NCBI GenBank assembly: GCA_050948865.1
Contig: JBMNEQ010000002.1
Span: forward strand, 200,161-264,160
DNA from: Bacilli bacterium
GTDB lineage: Bacteria; Bacillota_I; Bacilli_A; RF39; UBA660
Direction: 5' to 3'
DNA: 64,000 nt
Part shown: piece after piece, positions 28,470-39,063 of the stretch
Layout of the letters: every line of letters starts with the position of its first letter
Numbering within the stretch: position 1 is the first letter of the stretch
Notes under the pieces: model-generated
What the model saw: only the letters and a program-made list of their open reading frames with translations
Told to the model about the DNA's origin: nothing
The model's database searches: none
Translations under genes and position numbers: made by a program

Positions 28470-29802
28470 AATTTAAAACTTCTATTTCTTCTTGTTCTTC
28501 ATCTGTTCCTAAAGTAATTTCATCACTTAAATGAAGGCCTCCACTTTCTTTACTAATATTACTTTCTTTAATAGCAGTATTTAAACTATAGCGATAATCT
28601 TTAGTTTTACCTTCTAAATCATCATCAAGTTCGATTAATTTTAAAACTTCTTCACAGGTAGTATAACCATTGACTACTTTTTCTAAACCATCTTGAAGAA
28701 GGGTAGTAACATCAGATTTATAAACTAACTCTCTTAATTTTTCTTTACTAACACCTTCGGCAATAGCATCTCTTATTTCTTGATTGATAAGTAATACTTC
28801 ATGAATCGCAATTCTTCCTCTATAACCATTACTACATTCTTCACATCCTTCAGCTGAATATATTTCTTTTATATCTAAATCAAGGACTGTTTTGAATAAA
28901 TCTCTTTCATATTGGTTAGTTGGTCTTAATTTACGACATTTGGTATGTAAACGACGAGCCAGTTTTTGGGAAACAATTCCTTCAAGAGCACTCGCTAATA
29001 AATAGCGTTCAACTTCCATATCAAGTAGTCTTTCAATGGTATTAAGAGAGTTATTAGTATGTAAGGTTGATAAGACTAAGTGTCCTGTAATGGACGCTCT
29101 AACAGCAATTCTAGCTGTTTCTGTATCTCTAATTTCTCCAATCATAATAATATTGGGGTCTTGTCTTAAAACAGATCTTAAAACATTAGCAAAAGTTAAA
29201 CCAATATCACTATTAACTTGAACTTGGTTAACACCTTGTAAGTCCATTTCCACAGGATCTTCAACAGAAATAACATTAGTGTATTCTTTATTTAATCTTT
29301 GTAAAACAGCATAAACAGTAGTTGATTTCCCACTACCAGTAGCTCCAGTAACTAAAATAATACCATTAGGAACTGCAATCATTTCTATTAACTTTTTAAA
29401 GTTATTTTCACTAAAACCTAAATGTTCAAGACCTTTTAAACTCATTTCAAAATCCAAGATTCGAATAACTATTTTTTCCCCTTCATTAGTAGGTAAAGAA
29501 GAAACCCGCAAATCAAGAGCAACATCTTTTAACATTGTTTGGACCGCTCCATCTTGGGGTAACCTAACTTCTGTAATATTCATTCCTGATATAATTTTAA
29601 CTCTAGTAATTAAATTTCTTTTTAAAGTATTAGGAATAGTAGCATAATCCATTAATTGACCATCGATTCTAATTCTTACTTTCATAAAATCAATCATTGG
29701 ATCAAAGTGGATATCACTAGCTCCTCTTTTAACAGCATCAAGTATAATTTCATTAACTACTTCTACAATCGGTAATTTATCAAAATCAAAACTTCTTATC
29801 AC
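28468..29802 (-). CDS. pilB: PilB/GspE-family assembly ATPase lacking the N-terminal domain
   Basis: ASDIHFDP, GATGSGKST, EDPVE, LRQDPNIIMIGEIRD, TGHLVLSTLH. Confidence 0.9.
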   Translation of the reverse strand: MIRSFDFDKLPIVEVVNEIILDAVKRGASDIHFDPMIDFMKVRIRIDGQLMDYATIPNTLKRNLITRVKIISGMNITEVRLPQDGAVQTMLKDVALDLRVSSLPTNEGEKIVIRILDFEMSLKGLEHLGFSENNFKKLIEMIAVPNGIILVTGATGSGKSTTVYAVLQRLNKEYTNVISVEDPVEMDLQGVNQVQVNSDIGLTFANVLRSVLRQDPNIIMIGEIRDTETARIAVRASITGHLVLSTLHTNNSLNTIERLLDMEVERYLLASALEGIVSQKLARRLHTKCRKLRPTNQYERDLFKTVLDLDIKEIYSAEGCEECSNGYRGRIAIHEVLLINQEIRDAIAEGVSKEKLRELVYKSDVTTLLQDGLEKVVNGYTTCEEVLKLIELDDDLEGKTKDYRYSLNTAIKESNISKESGGLHLSDEITLGTDEEQEEIEVLN

Positions 29803-29898
29803 CTTATCACCCTTATCTTATTCTTAATTAGACTAGTATTTATTATATTTATATTATATAATATTAAATATAAGATAGCAACAATATGAGGTGATAAA

Positions 29899-30384
29899 TT
29901 GAATAAATTAACAAAAAAAGGTTTTTTTGCAGTAGAAACACTAGTGGTAGTTACGATTGCTATTACTGTTTTAACTATCTTTTATCGCCAAATATCTGTT
30001 TTATATAATAGTTATGAAGATAGTTTTTATTATAATAGAGTTAATGGTCTTTATGCTGCGAATAATATTAAAGTTTTTTTAATCCAAAATAATCTTATTA
30101 ATTTAGGGGGAAATGATATTAAAGAAATTGAAAATACAACTGATTTTTACAGGAAGTTAATTAGTCTTTCTAATATTGATAAGGTTTATTTAACTAAATA
30201 TAATCTTAATGAGGTTATAGATGATTTAAATAATTCTAATTATGATATTTTATTTAGGCAATATCTTAAAACTTTAAAGTTATTAACTGATGATGATTCA
30301 GGTAATTTATATCGGGTGATTGTTTCTTTTCATGATGGAACTTACGCGAGTGTTATTTTAGATAATAGTTTGGAATTGAGGTAA
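29899..30384 (+). CDS. Minor pilin-like protein
   Basis: KKG|FFAVETLVVV prepilin motif. Confidence 0.75.
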   Translation: MNKLTKKGFFAVETLVVVTIAITVLTIFYRQISVLYNSYEDSFYYNRVNGLYAANNIKVFLIQNNLINLGGNDIKEIENTTDFYRKLISLSNIDKVYLTKYNLNEVIDDLNNSNYDILFRQYLKTLKLLTDDDSGNLYRVIVSFHDGTYASVILDNSLELR

Positions 30385-30388
30385 AAGA

Positions 30389-30886
30389 ATGAATAAAAAG
30401 GGATTTTCCACAGTTGAATTAGTAGTTAGTTTTATTATTGCTTCTTTAATTATTGCGGCGATGTATAGGGCTACTTTATCACTTAATGAAAAACTATTAT
30501 ATCATCAACATCTTTCTAATATTACTGTTTATATAGGAACTTTAACTAATAATATTTATGAAGATTTAATTGATAATATAGATAATCCTTTAACTGGGGT
30601 TAGTGATTGTGGAGAAGGTTGTTTTGCTTTAACTTTTAAAGATTCAAAAACAAAGGAAGTAAAAATTAATCAAGAAAATAATACTTTTTCGTATGATAAT
30701 ATTGTGGAAAAACTACCTAGTGATTTTCAGTTTAATTCTTCCGGAATGAGCGCTAAAATTATCTCAGAAAATATGTCAGAAGATTATCATGATAGTATTT
30801 TTATTTTAACTGTTCCTATTATAAGTAAAATCTATGATGATAAGTTTTCTATAGAGATTGTTTATACTTATGATAGTAGAAAATAA
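30389..30886 (+). CDS. Minor pilin-like protein
   Basis: KKG|FSTVELVVSF prepilin motif. Confidence 0.78.
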   Translation: MNKKGFSTVELVVSFIIASLIIAAMYRATLSLNEKLLYHQHLSNITVYIGTLTNNIYEDLIDNIDNPLTGVSDCGEGCFALTFKDSKTKEVKINQENNTFSYDNIVEKLPSDFQFNSSGMSAKIISENMSEDYHDSIFILTVPIISKIYDDKFSIEIVYTYDSRK

Positions 30887-31848
30887 TAATCAAAAAGAAA
30901 GTAAACAAGTAAACCAGCGATGGAAGCATGAAGGATTCTTCCTATTAAAAAGGGAAGATATTTTATTTTAGTATCACTTATTATGCTAATTGTTTGCATA
31001 TGAACACTAAGCCCTCCAAAGGAAATAAACATGGTTGCTAAAATAGTTTTATTTTTTAAGGGAATAGGTAATAAACTAACATATTTTAAACCTTGAGTCA
31101 TTTCAAAAATACCATTTAAAATTGCTTGATTATAGGCTGATAGATTAACGTTATTATCAATGATAGTTGTTAGGATTAAAAACATAGTAATTACTCCTAA
31201 AATTAAAAAAAGAGTTTTTATCGAGTTCATTAAAGATTTAGTGATTAGTTCTCCAAAGTTTAATTGATTACTAATTCTTTTTTTATGTAGAGCATTAATA
31301 GCTCTTTTTAAAGAGATAGAAAAATTATCTTTTTTACTAATGTAATAATTTCTAAATAACAGACCAATAATAAAATTACTAAAATAATGACAAACTAAGA
31401 TTAAAAGACCAACCTCTTTATTATTTAAAAACATAATAGAGATTGCTCCTAAAATAAAAAGAGGGCTAGAAAAATGAGTAAAAGTTAATAACTTACTTGC
31501 TTCTTGTTTATTAATTAATCCTTCTAAATATAGTTCTTTAGTGTATTTAGCTCCACTAGGAGATCCACTTAACATACTTAAGACTAAAGCAAAAGAAGAT
31601 TCACCCTTTAGTTTAAATAAACTATACATAAAAGGTTTTAATATTTCTCCTAAGAAAGAAGCAAAACCACAACTAATTAGTAAATCAGCAATCACAAAAA
31701 AGGGAAAAAGAGAAGGAAAGATATTCGCTTCCCAAATTGTTAAAGAAAATTTGACAGTTTTTAAAATGCTTTTGGATTCTATTAATATTTCTAAACCAAT
31801 AAATAGTATAATAATAATAATGAAAATGCTTAAAAACTTTCTTTTCAT
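30868..31848 (-). CDS. ylbJ: Sporulation integral membrane protein YlbJ
   Basis: IFPSLFPFF, SGSPSGAK, GIFEMTQG, FGGLSVHMQ; divergent from ylbL. Confidence 0.88.
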   Translation of the reverse strand: MKRKFLSIFIIIIILFIGLEILIESKSILKTVKFSLTIWEANIFPSLFPFFVIADLLISCGFASFLGEILKPFMYSLFKLKGESSFALVLSMLSGSPSGAKYTKELYLEGLINKQEASKLLTFTHFSSPLFILGAISIMFLNNKEVGLLILVCHYFSNFIIGLLFRNYYISKKDNFSISLKRAINALHKKRISNQLNFGELITKSLMNSIKTLFLILGVITMFLILTTIIDNNVNLSAYNQAILNGIFEMTQGLKYVSLLPIPLKNKTILATMFISFGGLSVHMQTISIISDTKIKYLPFLIGRILHASIAGLLVYFLFDYYFLLS

Positions 31849-31891
31849 AAATCCATCCTTTTGTTATAATATTTTTAGAAAGAGGTAACAG

Positions 31892-32905
31892 ATGTTTAGT
31901 AAAGTATATTCCTTTTTAAATAGATTTTTAAAAGAAAACTCTTATTTAGTTCTTGGTTTAATTTGTTTTAGTTTAGTTATTAATATTCCTTTACCTTATT
32001 ATGTTCATACTACTGGAGGAATAATTAATATTTCTGATAAAGTAATTGTAGAAAAGGAATATTTGGAAGTTGGAAGTTTAAATTTAAGTTATGTAACAGA
32101 AGTTAAAGGGAATGTGATGACAGTTCTTTTAGCGATGGTGATTCCAAATTGGGATTTAATTAAAAGTAAAGAAGTAAAATTAGGGAAAGAAACTGTAGAA
32201 GAAGTTGATTTTCGTAGTAAATTATTTTTAGAGGAGGCTAATCAAAATGCTGTTTTTTTAGCTTATCAGGCTGCAGAAAAGGAAATTAAAATCAAAAAGG
32301 GTTTTAATCATGTTGTTTATATAGATGATTTAGCAGAAACAGATTTAAAAATTAAAGATAAAATATTAAAGGTTAATGATTTAACTATTAACTCTGTTAT
32401 TGAATATAATGATATTGTTAGTCAAAGTAAGATTGGGGATACTTTAAAGTTATTAGTTTTAACAAATAATAATCAAGAAGTAGAAAAAAAGATCAAAGTA
32501 ATAAATTATTTAGGGAAAAAGATAACAGGTATTTATTTTGTTTCTATCTATGAATATGAAACTAATCCTAAAATAGAATTTAATTTTAAAAAGTCTGAAT
32601 CTGGTTCTAGTGGTGGTTTAATGACAGCTTTATCTATTTATAATAAGTTAACTAAAACAGATATTACTAAAGGTAAAAAGATTGTTGGAACAGGAGCAAT
32701 TGATCAAGAGGGTAATGTGGAAGAAATAAGTGGTTTAGCTTATAAATTAGCTGGAAGTGTTAAGGAAAAAGCAGAAATATTTTTAGTTCCTAGTGGTGAA
32801 AATTATCAAGAAGCAATGAAGTTAAAAAAAGAAAGAAATTATAATATTTCTATTGTAGGAGTTAATACTTTTCAAGAAGCACTTAATTATTTAAATAATA
32901 TGTAA
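31892..32905 (+). CDS. ylbL: YlbL-like PDZ/Lon-protease-domain protein
   Basis: LPYY..TGG, GSSGGLM, GTGAIDQEG, Ser-Lys dyad region. Confidence 0.85.
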   Translation: MFSKVYSFLNRFLKENSYLVLGLICFSLVINIPLPYYVHTTGGIINISDKVIVEKEYLEVGSLNLSYVTEVKGNVMTVLLAMVIPNWDLIKSKEVKLGKETVEEVDFRSKLFLEEANQNAVFLAYQAAEKEIKIKKGFNHVVYIDDLAETDLKIKDKILKVNDLTINSVIEYNDIVSQSKIGDTLKLLVLTNNNQEVEKKIKVINYLGKKITGIYFVSIYEYETNPKIEFNFKKSESGSSGGLMTALSIYNKLTKTDITKGKKIVGTGAIDQEGNVEEISGLAYKLAGSVKEKAEIFLVPSGENYQEAMKLKKERNYNISIVGVNTFQEALNYLNNM

Positions 32906-32916
32906 AGGGGGATTTT

Positions 32917-33234
32917 ATGAAAAAAACTGTTAATTTAATTATAAAAGAAAGGTTAAATGAATTCCCAAGAAGATTAAATAAAATACCTTATTTTGTGATT
33001 CCTTTAGAAGATGGTCAATTTAAACTTAAGGAATTACCAATTAATTTTACTGGTTATTTTAAAGAATATTTAAAACAAAATAATTATAAATTAGGGATTG
33101 TTCTTTTAGATGAAGAAAAGCAAAGGTTAAATAAAAAAGAAGATCTTGTTAAAACTTATTTTCAAGATGAAAATGGATTATGTGATGCTAAGATATATGA
33201 ATTAAGAAAAACCAAGAGAAAGAAGAGGAGATAG
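32917..33234 (+). CDS. Hypothetical protein
   Basis: 105-aa ORF with RBS. Confidence 0.6.
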   Translation: MKKTVNLIIKERLNEFPRRLNKIPYFVIPLEDGQFKLKELPINFTGYFKEYLKQNNYKLGIVLLDEEKQRLNKKEDLVKTYFQDENGLCDAKIYELRKTKRKKRR

Positions 33235-33280
33235 AGAATACTATTTTCTTTTTTTGTGCTATACTTTTATTGGTGGTTGT

Positions 33281-35824
33281 ATGAAAAGAAAAGATATTGA
33301 TAAATCTAAATTAACACCAATGATGAAACAATATATGGAGATAAAAGATCAATATGAAGATGTTATTTTAATGTATCGTTTAGGAGATTTTTATGAAATG
33401 TTTTTTGAAGATGCTTACACTGCTTCTAGAGAATTAGAATTAGTTTTAACAGGAAGAAGTGCTGGTTTAAAAGAACGAATTCCCATGTGTGGAGTTCCTC
33501 ATCATGCTGTAAATGGTTATTTAGAAAAATTAATTGATAAAGGTTATAAAGTTGGATTATGTGAACAAGTAGAAGATCCTAAAGAAGCGAAAGGGATAGT
33601 TAAAAGGGAAGTTTTACAAATAGTTTCTAAGGGAACTATTATGAATGGAGAACTATTAGATGAAAAAGTAAATAATTATATAGGAAATGTTTATAGTTTT
33701 AAACATTGTTTTGTGATTGGTTATACTGATATTTCTACAGGGGAATTAGGAGCTATCATGATAGAAAATAATCTAAATAAATTAGTTTTAGAATTAGTTT
33801 CTTTAGGTTTAAATGAGGTAATTATTTCTGATGAAGTAGATAAAAGTATTATTTCTTTATTAAGAACAAGATATAAAATGGTTGTCTCTGTTTATAACAA
33901 TATTTTAGAAGAAGAAATATATAAACATTTATATCAAGATCTTCAAGATATTAGATATGTAGAAACAATAAAACATTTATTAACTTATTTAAGTGAGACG
34001 CAAAAAAGAAGTTTAAATCATTTACAAAAAGTTAAAATAAAAAATAATAATGAATATTTAAAAATGGATCTTTCAACGAAAAAGAATCTAGAATTAACAG
34101 AAAACTTTCGTTTAAAAACAAGAAATTATTCTTTATTATGGTTACTGGATAAAACAAAAACAGCAATGGGAAGTAGAATGTTAAAGAATTTTATTGAAAA
34201 TCCTTTAACTGATAAAGAAGAAATAAATAAACGTTATGATATGATTAATCGTTTATTAGAAGAATTTATTTTAAAAGAAGATTTACAAAAATTATTAAGT
34301 GAAGTTTATGATTTAGAAAGATTATGTGGAAGAATTTCTTATGGAAATGCTAATGCTAAAGATTTAATTCAATTAAAAAGATCTTTAAAAGTAATTCCAG
34401 CGATAAAAGATATTTTAGAAAAATTAAATTTTTATGAAAAAATAAATTTCTTAGATTCTTTATATCAATTATTAGAAAAAAGTATTTATGAAAATCCTCC
34501 TTATACTTTAAAAGAAGGTTATTTAATTAAAGATGGATATAATGAATTATTAGATGAACTTAAAATAAATCGTAAAGGTGGTAAAGATTTTATTGCTAAA
34601 CTAGAACAAGAGGAAAGAAAAAGAACAGGCATTAAAAATTTAAAAGTAGGATTTAATAAGATTTTTGGTTATTATATTGAAGTTTCTAAAGGAAATATTG
34701 GTTTGATTAAAGATGAGTTTGGTTATGAAAGAAAACAAACTTTAGCTAATTGTGAGCGCTATATTACTCCTTTATTAAAAGAAAAAGAAGTTTTGATTTT
34801 GGGGGCGGAAGAAAAGATTATTAATTTAGAATATGAATTATTTATGGAAATTAGAGAAGAGACTAAAAAGTATATTTATCAAATTCAAGAAGTAGCGAAA
34901 GTTATTTCTAAAATCGATGTTTTACAGTCTTTTGCTACTATAACAGAAGAAAATAATTATGTTCGTCCTCTTTTAAGAGAAGAAAAATATTTAAAAATAT
35001 TAGAAAATAGGCATCCTATTGTCGAAAAGGTAATGGAAGAAGAATTTGTTCCTAATGATATTTTAATGAGTGAAGATATTGATATTCTTTTAATAACAGG
35101 TCCTAATATGGCGGGGAAATCTACTTATATGAGACAATTAGCTTTAACAGTTATAATGGCTCAAATAGGGTGCTTTGTTCCCGCTAAAGAGGCTATAATG
35201 CCTATCTTTGATAAGATCTTTACGAGAATTGGTGCTAGTGATGATCTTGTTAGTGGGGAGTCTACTTTTATGGTAGAAATGATGGAAGCGAATAATGCTT
35301 TAATGAATGCTACTAAAAATAGTTTAATTTTATTTGATGAACTTGGTCGAGGAACTGCTACCTATGATGGAATGAGTTTAGCTCAGGCGATAATTGAATA
35401 TATTCATCAATATATTCAAGCTAAAACTTTGTTTTCTACTCATTATCATGAATTAGTTAGTTTAGAAAAAACTTTAAAAAGTTTAAAAAATGTTCATGTT
35501 AGTGCTCATGAAGAAGATGGGGAACTAACATTCTTACATCAAGTAAAAGATGGTTCTATTGATAAAAGTTATGGTATTCATGTTGCCAAATTAGCTTCTT
35601 TACCAAAAGAATTAATTAAAAGAGCTAATTTGATTTTAAAAGAATATGAAGAAAAAGGAGAAAGGGTAATTTATAAACAAATGGAGATGGAATTAACAAC
35701 TTTAAATAAAGATAAGGATTTATTAAAAGAAGAATTAAAGAAAATTAATCCTTTAGAAATTACTCCTCTAGAAGCTTTAAATAAATTATATAATTTAAAA
35801 GAATTAATCAAAAAAGAGAAATAG
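33281..35824 (+). CDS. mutS: DNA mismatch repair protein MutS
   Basis: TPMMKQY, GDFYEMF, TGPNMAGKSTYMRQ, DELGRGT. Confidence 0.97.
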   Translation: MKRKDIDKSKLTPMMKQYMEIKDQYEDVILMYRLGDFYEMFFEDAYTASRELELVLTGRSAGLKERIPMCGVPHHAVNGYLEKLIDKGYKVGLCEQVEDPKEAKGIVKREVLQIVSKGTIMNGELLDEKVNNYIGNVYSFKHCFVIGYTDISTGELGAIMIENNLNKLVLELVSLGLNEVIISDEVDKSIISLLRTRYKMVVSVYNNILEEEIYKHLYQDLQDIRYVETIKHLLTYLSETQKRSLNHLQKVKIKNNNEYLKMDLSTKKNLELTENFRLKTRNYSLLWLLDKTKTAMGSRMLKNFIENPLTDKEEINKRYDMINRLLEEFILKEDLQKLLSEVYDLERLCGRISYGNANAKDLIQLKRSLKVIPAIKDILEKLNFYEKINFLDSLYQLLEKSIYENPPYTLKEGYLIKDGYNELLDELKINRKGGKDFIAKLEQEERKRTGIKNLKVGFNKIFGYYIEVSKGNIGLIKDEFGYERKQTLANCERYITPLLKEKEVLILGAEEKIINLEYELFMEIREETKKYIYQIQEVAKVISKIDVLQSFATITEENNYVRPLLREEKYLKILENRHPIVEKVMEEEFVPNDILMSEDIDILLITGPNMAGKSTYMRQLALTVIMAQIGCFVPAKEAIMPIFDKIFTRIGASDDLVSGESTFMVEMMEANNALMNATKNSLILFDELGRGTATYDGMSLAQAIIEYIHQYIQAKTLFSTHYHELVSLEKTLKSLKNVHVSAHEEDGELTFLHQVKDGSIDKSYGIHVAKLASLPKELIKRANLILKEYEEKGERVIYKQMEMELTTLNKDKDLLKEELKKINPLEITPLEALNKLYNLKELIKKEK

Positions 35825-35868
35825 TTAAATAATATTAATTGTGATAGAATAAACATGGAGGAACTTAT

Positions 35869-36270
35869 ATGACAAAAAGTAGAAGAGAACAAAGGCAAAC
35901 AGCAATGATTATTTTATATCAAATTTTTTTATTTAAAAAAAGTAAAAACATGGAAGAAATAATGGGTTATATAAATAATCATTTAAAAATAGAAACAGAT
36001 TTTGTTCAATCATTAGTTAATGGGGTTTTATCTAATTATGATAAAATTATTAATCTAAGTAATAAGTATTTAAAAGAATGGAAATTAGAAAGATTAAATA
36101 AAGTGGATCAAGCAATATTAGGACTTGGAGTTTATGAACTTTTATATACATCTACTCCTGATCTTGTTTGTATTGATGAAGCGATAGAATTATCTAAATT
36201 ATATTCTGATGAAGCAGTTTCTAAAATGATTAATGGAGTTTTAGATAAAATCTATCATAATGAAAAGTAG
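35869..36270 (+). CDS. nusB: Transcription antitermination factor NusB
   Basis: WKLERL..VDQAIL, IDEAIELSK, INGVLD. Confidence 0.95.
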   Translation: MTKSRREQRQTAMIILYQIFLFKKSKNMEEIMGYINNHLKIETDFVQSLVNGVLSNYDKIINLSNKYLKEWKLERLNKVDQAILGLGVYELLYTSTPDLVCIDEAIELSKLYSDEAVSKMINGVLDKIYHNEK

Positions 36271-37578
36271 GTGATTTATTTGAATGATCAAGAAAAGTAT
36301 TTATCTATTAGTGCGATTACTAAATATTTAAAACATAAATTAGATAATGATAATCATTTACAAAATGTTTATTTAAAGGGGGAAATATCTAATTTTAAAG
36401 CTCATAGCCGGGGACATTTATATTTTTCTTTAAAAGATGAGAATAGTAAAATAAATGCGATTATGTTTTCTACTGCGGCAAGACAAGTAAGTTTTAAAAT
36501 AGAAGAAGGAATGATGGTTTTAGTAAGAGGGAAAATAAGTGTTTATGAACCATTAGGAAATTATCAAATTTATATAGAAGAAATGTTAGAAGATGGAATA
36601 GGGAATCTTTATCTTGCTTATGAACAATTAAAAAAAGATTTAGCAAAAAAAGGTTACTTTGATGAAAAAAGAAAAAAACCTTTACCCCTTTTTCCAAGAA
36701 GGATTGGCATCGTTACTGCTCCTACAGGAGCGGCAATAAAAGATATTTTATCAACTATTAATCGACGTTATCCTCTTTGTCAAACGATTCTTTTTCCTTC
36801 TTTAGTGCAAGGACCAACGGCTCACTTAGAGATAGTTAAACAAATGAAAAAAGCTTTTGAATATGAAATAGATCTTTTAATCATTGGAAGAGGTGGTGGT
36901 TCTATTGAGGATTTGTGGTCTTTTAATGAAAGAATAGTCGCAGAAACCATCTTTCACTCTCCGATTCCTATTATTAGTGCGGTTGGTCATGAAATAGATT
37001 TTACGATTAGTGATTTTGTAGCGGATAAAAGGGCTGCGACACCAACAGGAGCAGCAGAAATAGCAGTTCCTAATTTAGTAGATTTACTTAATCTTATTAA
37101 TCAATATAAAATAAGAGCAAATGAATTTATTTACCATAAATTAAAAAGCCAAAATTTAATTTTAAAAAAATTAAAAGAAAGTTATATTTTAAAAAATCCA
37201 TTAACTATTTATCAAGCTAAAGAACAAACGCTTGACTATATTCTTGAAAGATTAATAAAAAGTATGAACTTAGTTCTTTTTAATAAAAAGGTTTTATTTA
37301 ATCAATTAGAAGAAAGTTATATTTTTAAAAAACCTTCTTCTTTATATGAAAGACCTAAACAAATTATAAAACATTATATAGAAAAATTAGAAGTTTTAAA
37401 TCCTTTAAAAACTTTAAATAGAGGTTATGCTATTTTAAAAAAGGAAAATAAAGCTCTTTCTAGTATAAAAAATTTTCAAAAAGAGGACAATATTGATATA
37501 GTTTTACATGATGGTTTATTAAAAGCTAAAATTAAGGAAGTGGAGGAGAAAAAGGATGACAAAAACAGAAAAGTTTGA
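36271..37578 (+). CDS. xseA: Exonuclease VII large subunit
   Basis: GEISNF, GHLYFSLKD, GRGGGSIEDLW, SAVGHE. Confidence 0.96.
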   Translation: MIYLNDQEKYLSISAITKYLKHKLDNDNHLQNVYLKGEISNFKAHSRGHLYFSLKDENSKINAIMFSTAARQVSFKIEEGMMVLVRGKISVYEPLGNYQIYIEEMLEDGIGNLYLAYEQLKKDLAKKGYFDEKRKKPLPLFPRRIGIVTAPTGAAIKDILSTINRRYPLCQTILFPSLVQGPTAHLEIVKQMKKAFEYEIDLLIIGRGGGSIEDLWSFNERIVAETIFHSPIPIISAVGHEIDFTISDFVADKRAATPTGAAEIAVPNLVDLLNLINQYKIRANEFIYHKLKSQNLILKKLKESYILKNPLTIYQAKEQTLDYILERLIKSMNLVLFNKKVLFNQLEESYIFKKPSSLYERPKQIIKHYIEKLEVLNPLKTLNRGYAILKKENKALSSIKNFQKEDNIDIVLHDGLLKAKIKEVEEKKDDKNRKV

Positions 37579-37774
37579 GGAAAAATTAACCAAACTGGAA
37601 CAAATTATTAAAAAATTAGAAGCTGGAGATGTTGATTTAGATGAAGCGATTACTAAGTACACAGAAGCGATGAAATTAGCTAAAGAATGCTCTGACAAAT
37701 TAACTAATGCTGAAGAACAAGTTAATAAAATTTTAAAAGAAAATGGTAAATTGGAAGACTTTGAAGTTGAATAA
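37556..37774 (+). CDS. xseB: Exonuclease VII small subunit
   Basis: FEEKLTKLEQII..LE.GDVDLDEA. Confidence 0.94.
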   Translation: MTKTEKFEEKLTKLEQIIKKLEAGDVDLDEAITKYTEAMKLAKECSDKLTNAEEQVNKILKENGKLEDFEVE

Positions 37775-37854
37775 TTGGTATTAATTATTAACTATATTTT
37801 TAAAAATTTTAACCATAATAATAATGTAGTCTATGATTCAAAGGAGATGTTTTA

Positions 37855-38865
37855 ATGTTTATTAAAAAAGCAAAAAACATCCTTTGCTCTACTCTTTTAA
37901 CATTATTAATCATTCCAACCTTAGTTTTTGCTTATCCTAGTCATCTTATACCTGGTGGAGAGAATATTGGTATTCAAATTAATTCCAAAGGAATAATGAT
38001 TGTGGGGATGTATAAAGTTAATAACTATTATCCTGGACGTGATGCTGGTTTAAAAATAGGTGATAATATTTTAACTATTAACGATCAAAAGATTAGTAAT
38101 ATTAATGAAATGATTAACATTATTAATCAGGTTAATCAACAAGAAAAAATAACGATTGGTTATAAAAGAAATAATCTTTTTTATAAAACAACGTTAAAAT
38201 TAGTTAAAACAGAAGAAAACCTATATAAAACTGGTCTATATGTTAAAGATACTATTTCTGGTATTGGAACACTTACTTATATTGATCCTAAAACTAAAAT
38301 GTATGGAGCTTTAGGTCATGAAGTAATTGAAAAGTCTACTGGTCAAAAAGTTGAAGTTCAAACGGGTAAAATATTTAAATCTGATGTTTTAAACATTGAA
38401 AAAAGTAATCGAGGTTCACCCGGTGAAAAGAATGCTCGTTTTTATTCTAATTTAGTTTATGGTGATATTTTTAAAAATACAACAGTTGGTATTTTTGGGA
38501 CATATACGTCAGAATTACCAAATAAAAAACTATATAAAGTAGCGAAACCTAATGAAGTAAAAATAGGGGAAGCTACAATGTTAACAGTTTTAGAAAATTC
38601 TACTATTGAAGAATTTACGATTGATATTATTAAATTAAATAATAATCAACAGAAAATGAAAAATATTTTATTTAATATTACTGATGCTAAATTATTAGAT
38701 ATGACTGGGGGAATTGTTCAGGGAATGAGTGGTAGTCCTATTATTCAAGATGAAATGATAGTAGGAGCAGTAACTCATGTAGTGATTGATGAAACCTCTA
38801 AAGGCTATGGAATATTTATCCAACATATGTTAGAAGAAGGCAATAAAAATAAAGAGCAAAATTAA
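37855..38865 (+). CDS. spoIVB: SpoIVB peptidase (S55) with PDZ domain
   Basis: GIGTLTY, ALGH, TGGIVQGMSGSPIIQ, GAVTHV. Confidence 0.95.
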   Translation: MFIKKAKNILCSTLLTLLIIPTLVFAYPSHLIPGGENIGIQINSKGIMIVGMYKVNNYYPGRDAGLKIGDNILTINDQKISNINEMINIINQVNQQEKITIGYKRNNLFYKTTLKLVKTEENLYKTGLYVKDTISGIGTLTYIDPKTKMYGALGHEVIEKSTGQKVEVQTGKIFKSDVLNIEKSNRGSPGEKNARFYSNLVYGDIFKNTTVGIFGTYTSELPNKKLYKVAKPNEVKIGEATMLTVLENSTIEEFTIDIIKLNNNQQKMKNILFNITDAKLLDMTGGIVQGMSGSPIIQDEMIVGAVTHVVIDETSKGYGIFIQHMLEEGNKNKEQN

Positions 38866-38876
38866 TTTTTTGCTCT

Positions 38877-38972
38877 TTATTGTAATAAAGGTAAGATAAT
38901 CATCGATATAACACCTGCTAACATGCTAAGTAAAGCAATCCAAGCAGCAAGTTTAATAGATTTTTTTTTCAT
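38877..38972 (-). CDS. Small membrane protein (DUF4044/Prli42-like, 31 aa); not in the ORF track
   Basis: MKKKSIKLAAWIALLSMLAGVISMIILPLLQ; GAGGTG RBS; shares a bidirectional terminator with spoIVB. Confidence 0.65.
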   Translation of the reverse strand: MKKKSIKLAAWIALLSMLAGVISMIILPLLQ

Positions 38973-39063
38973 AAGATAACACCTCACACGAACATTATAT
39001 CACGATTGTTTTTATATTTGCATAAAAATTCTTTTTAAAAATATACTTTAACGAGGTGATAAA

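Noticed and set aside
33281-35824. mutS without adjacent mutL
   Set aside because: mutL may lie elsewhere; this cannot be judged from one window.
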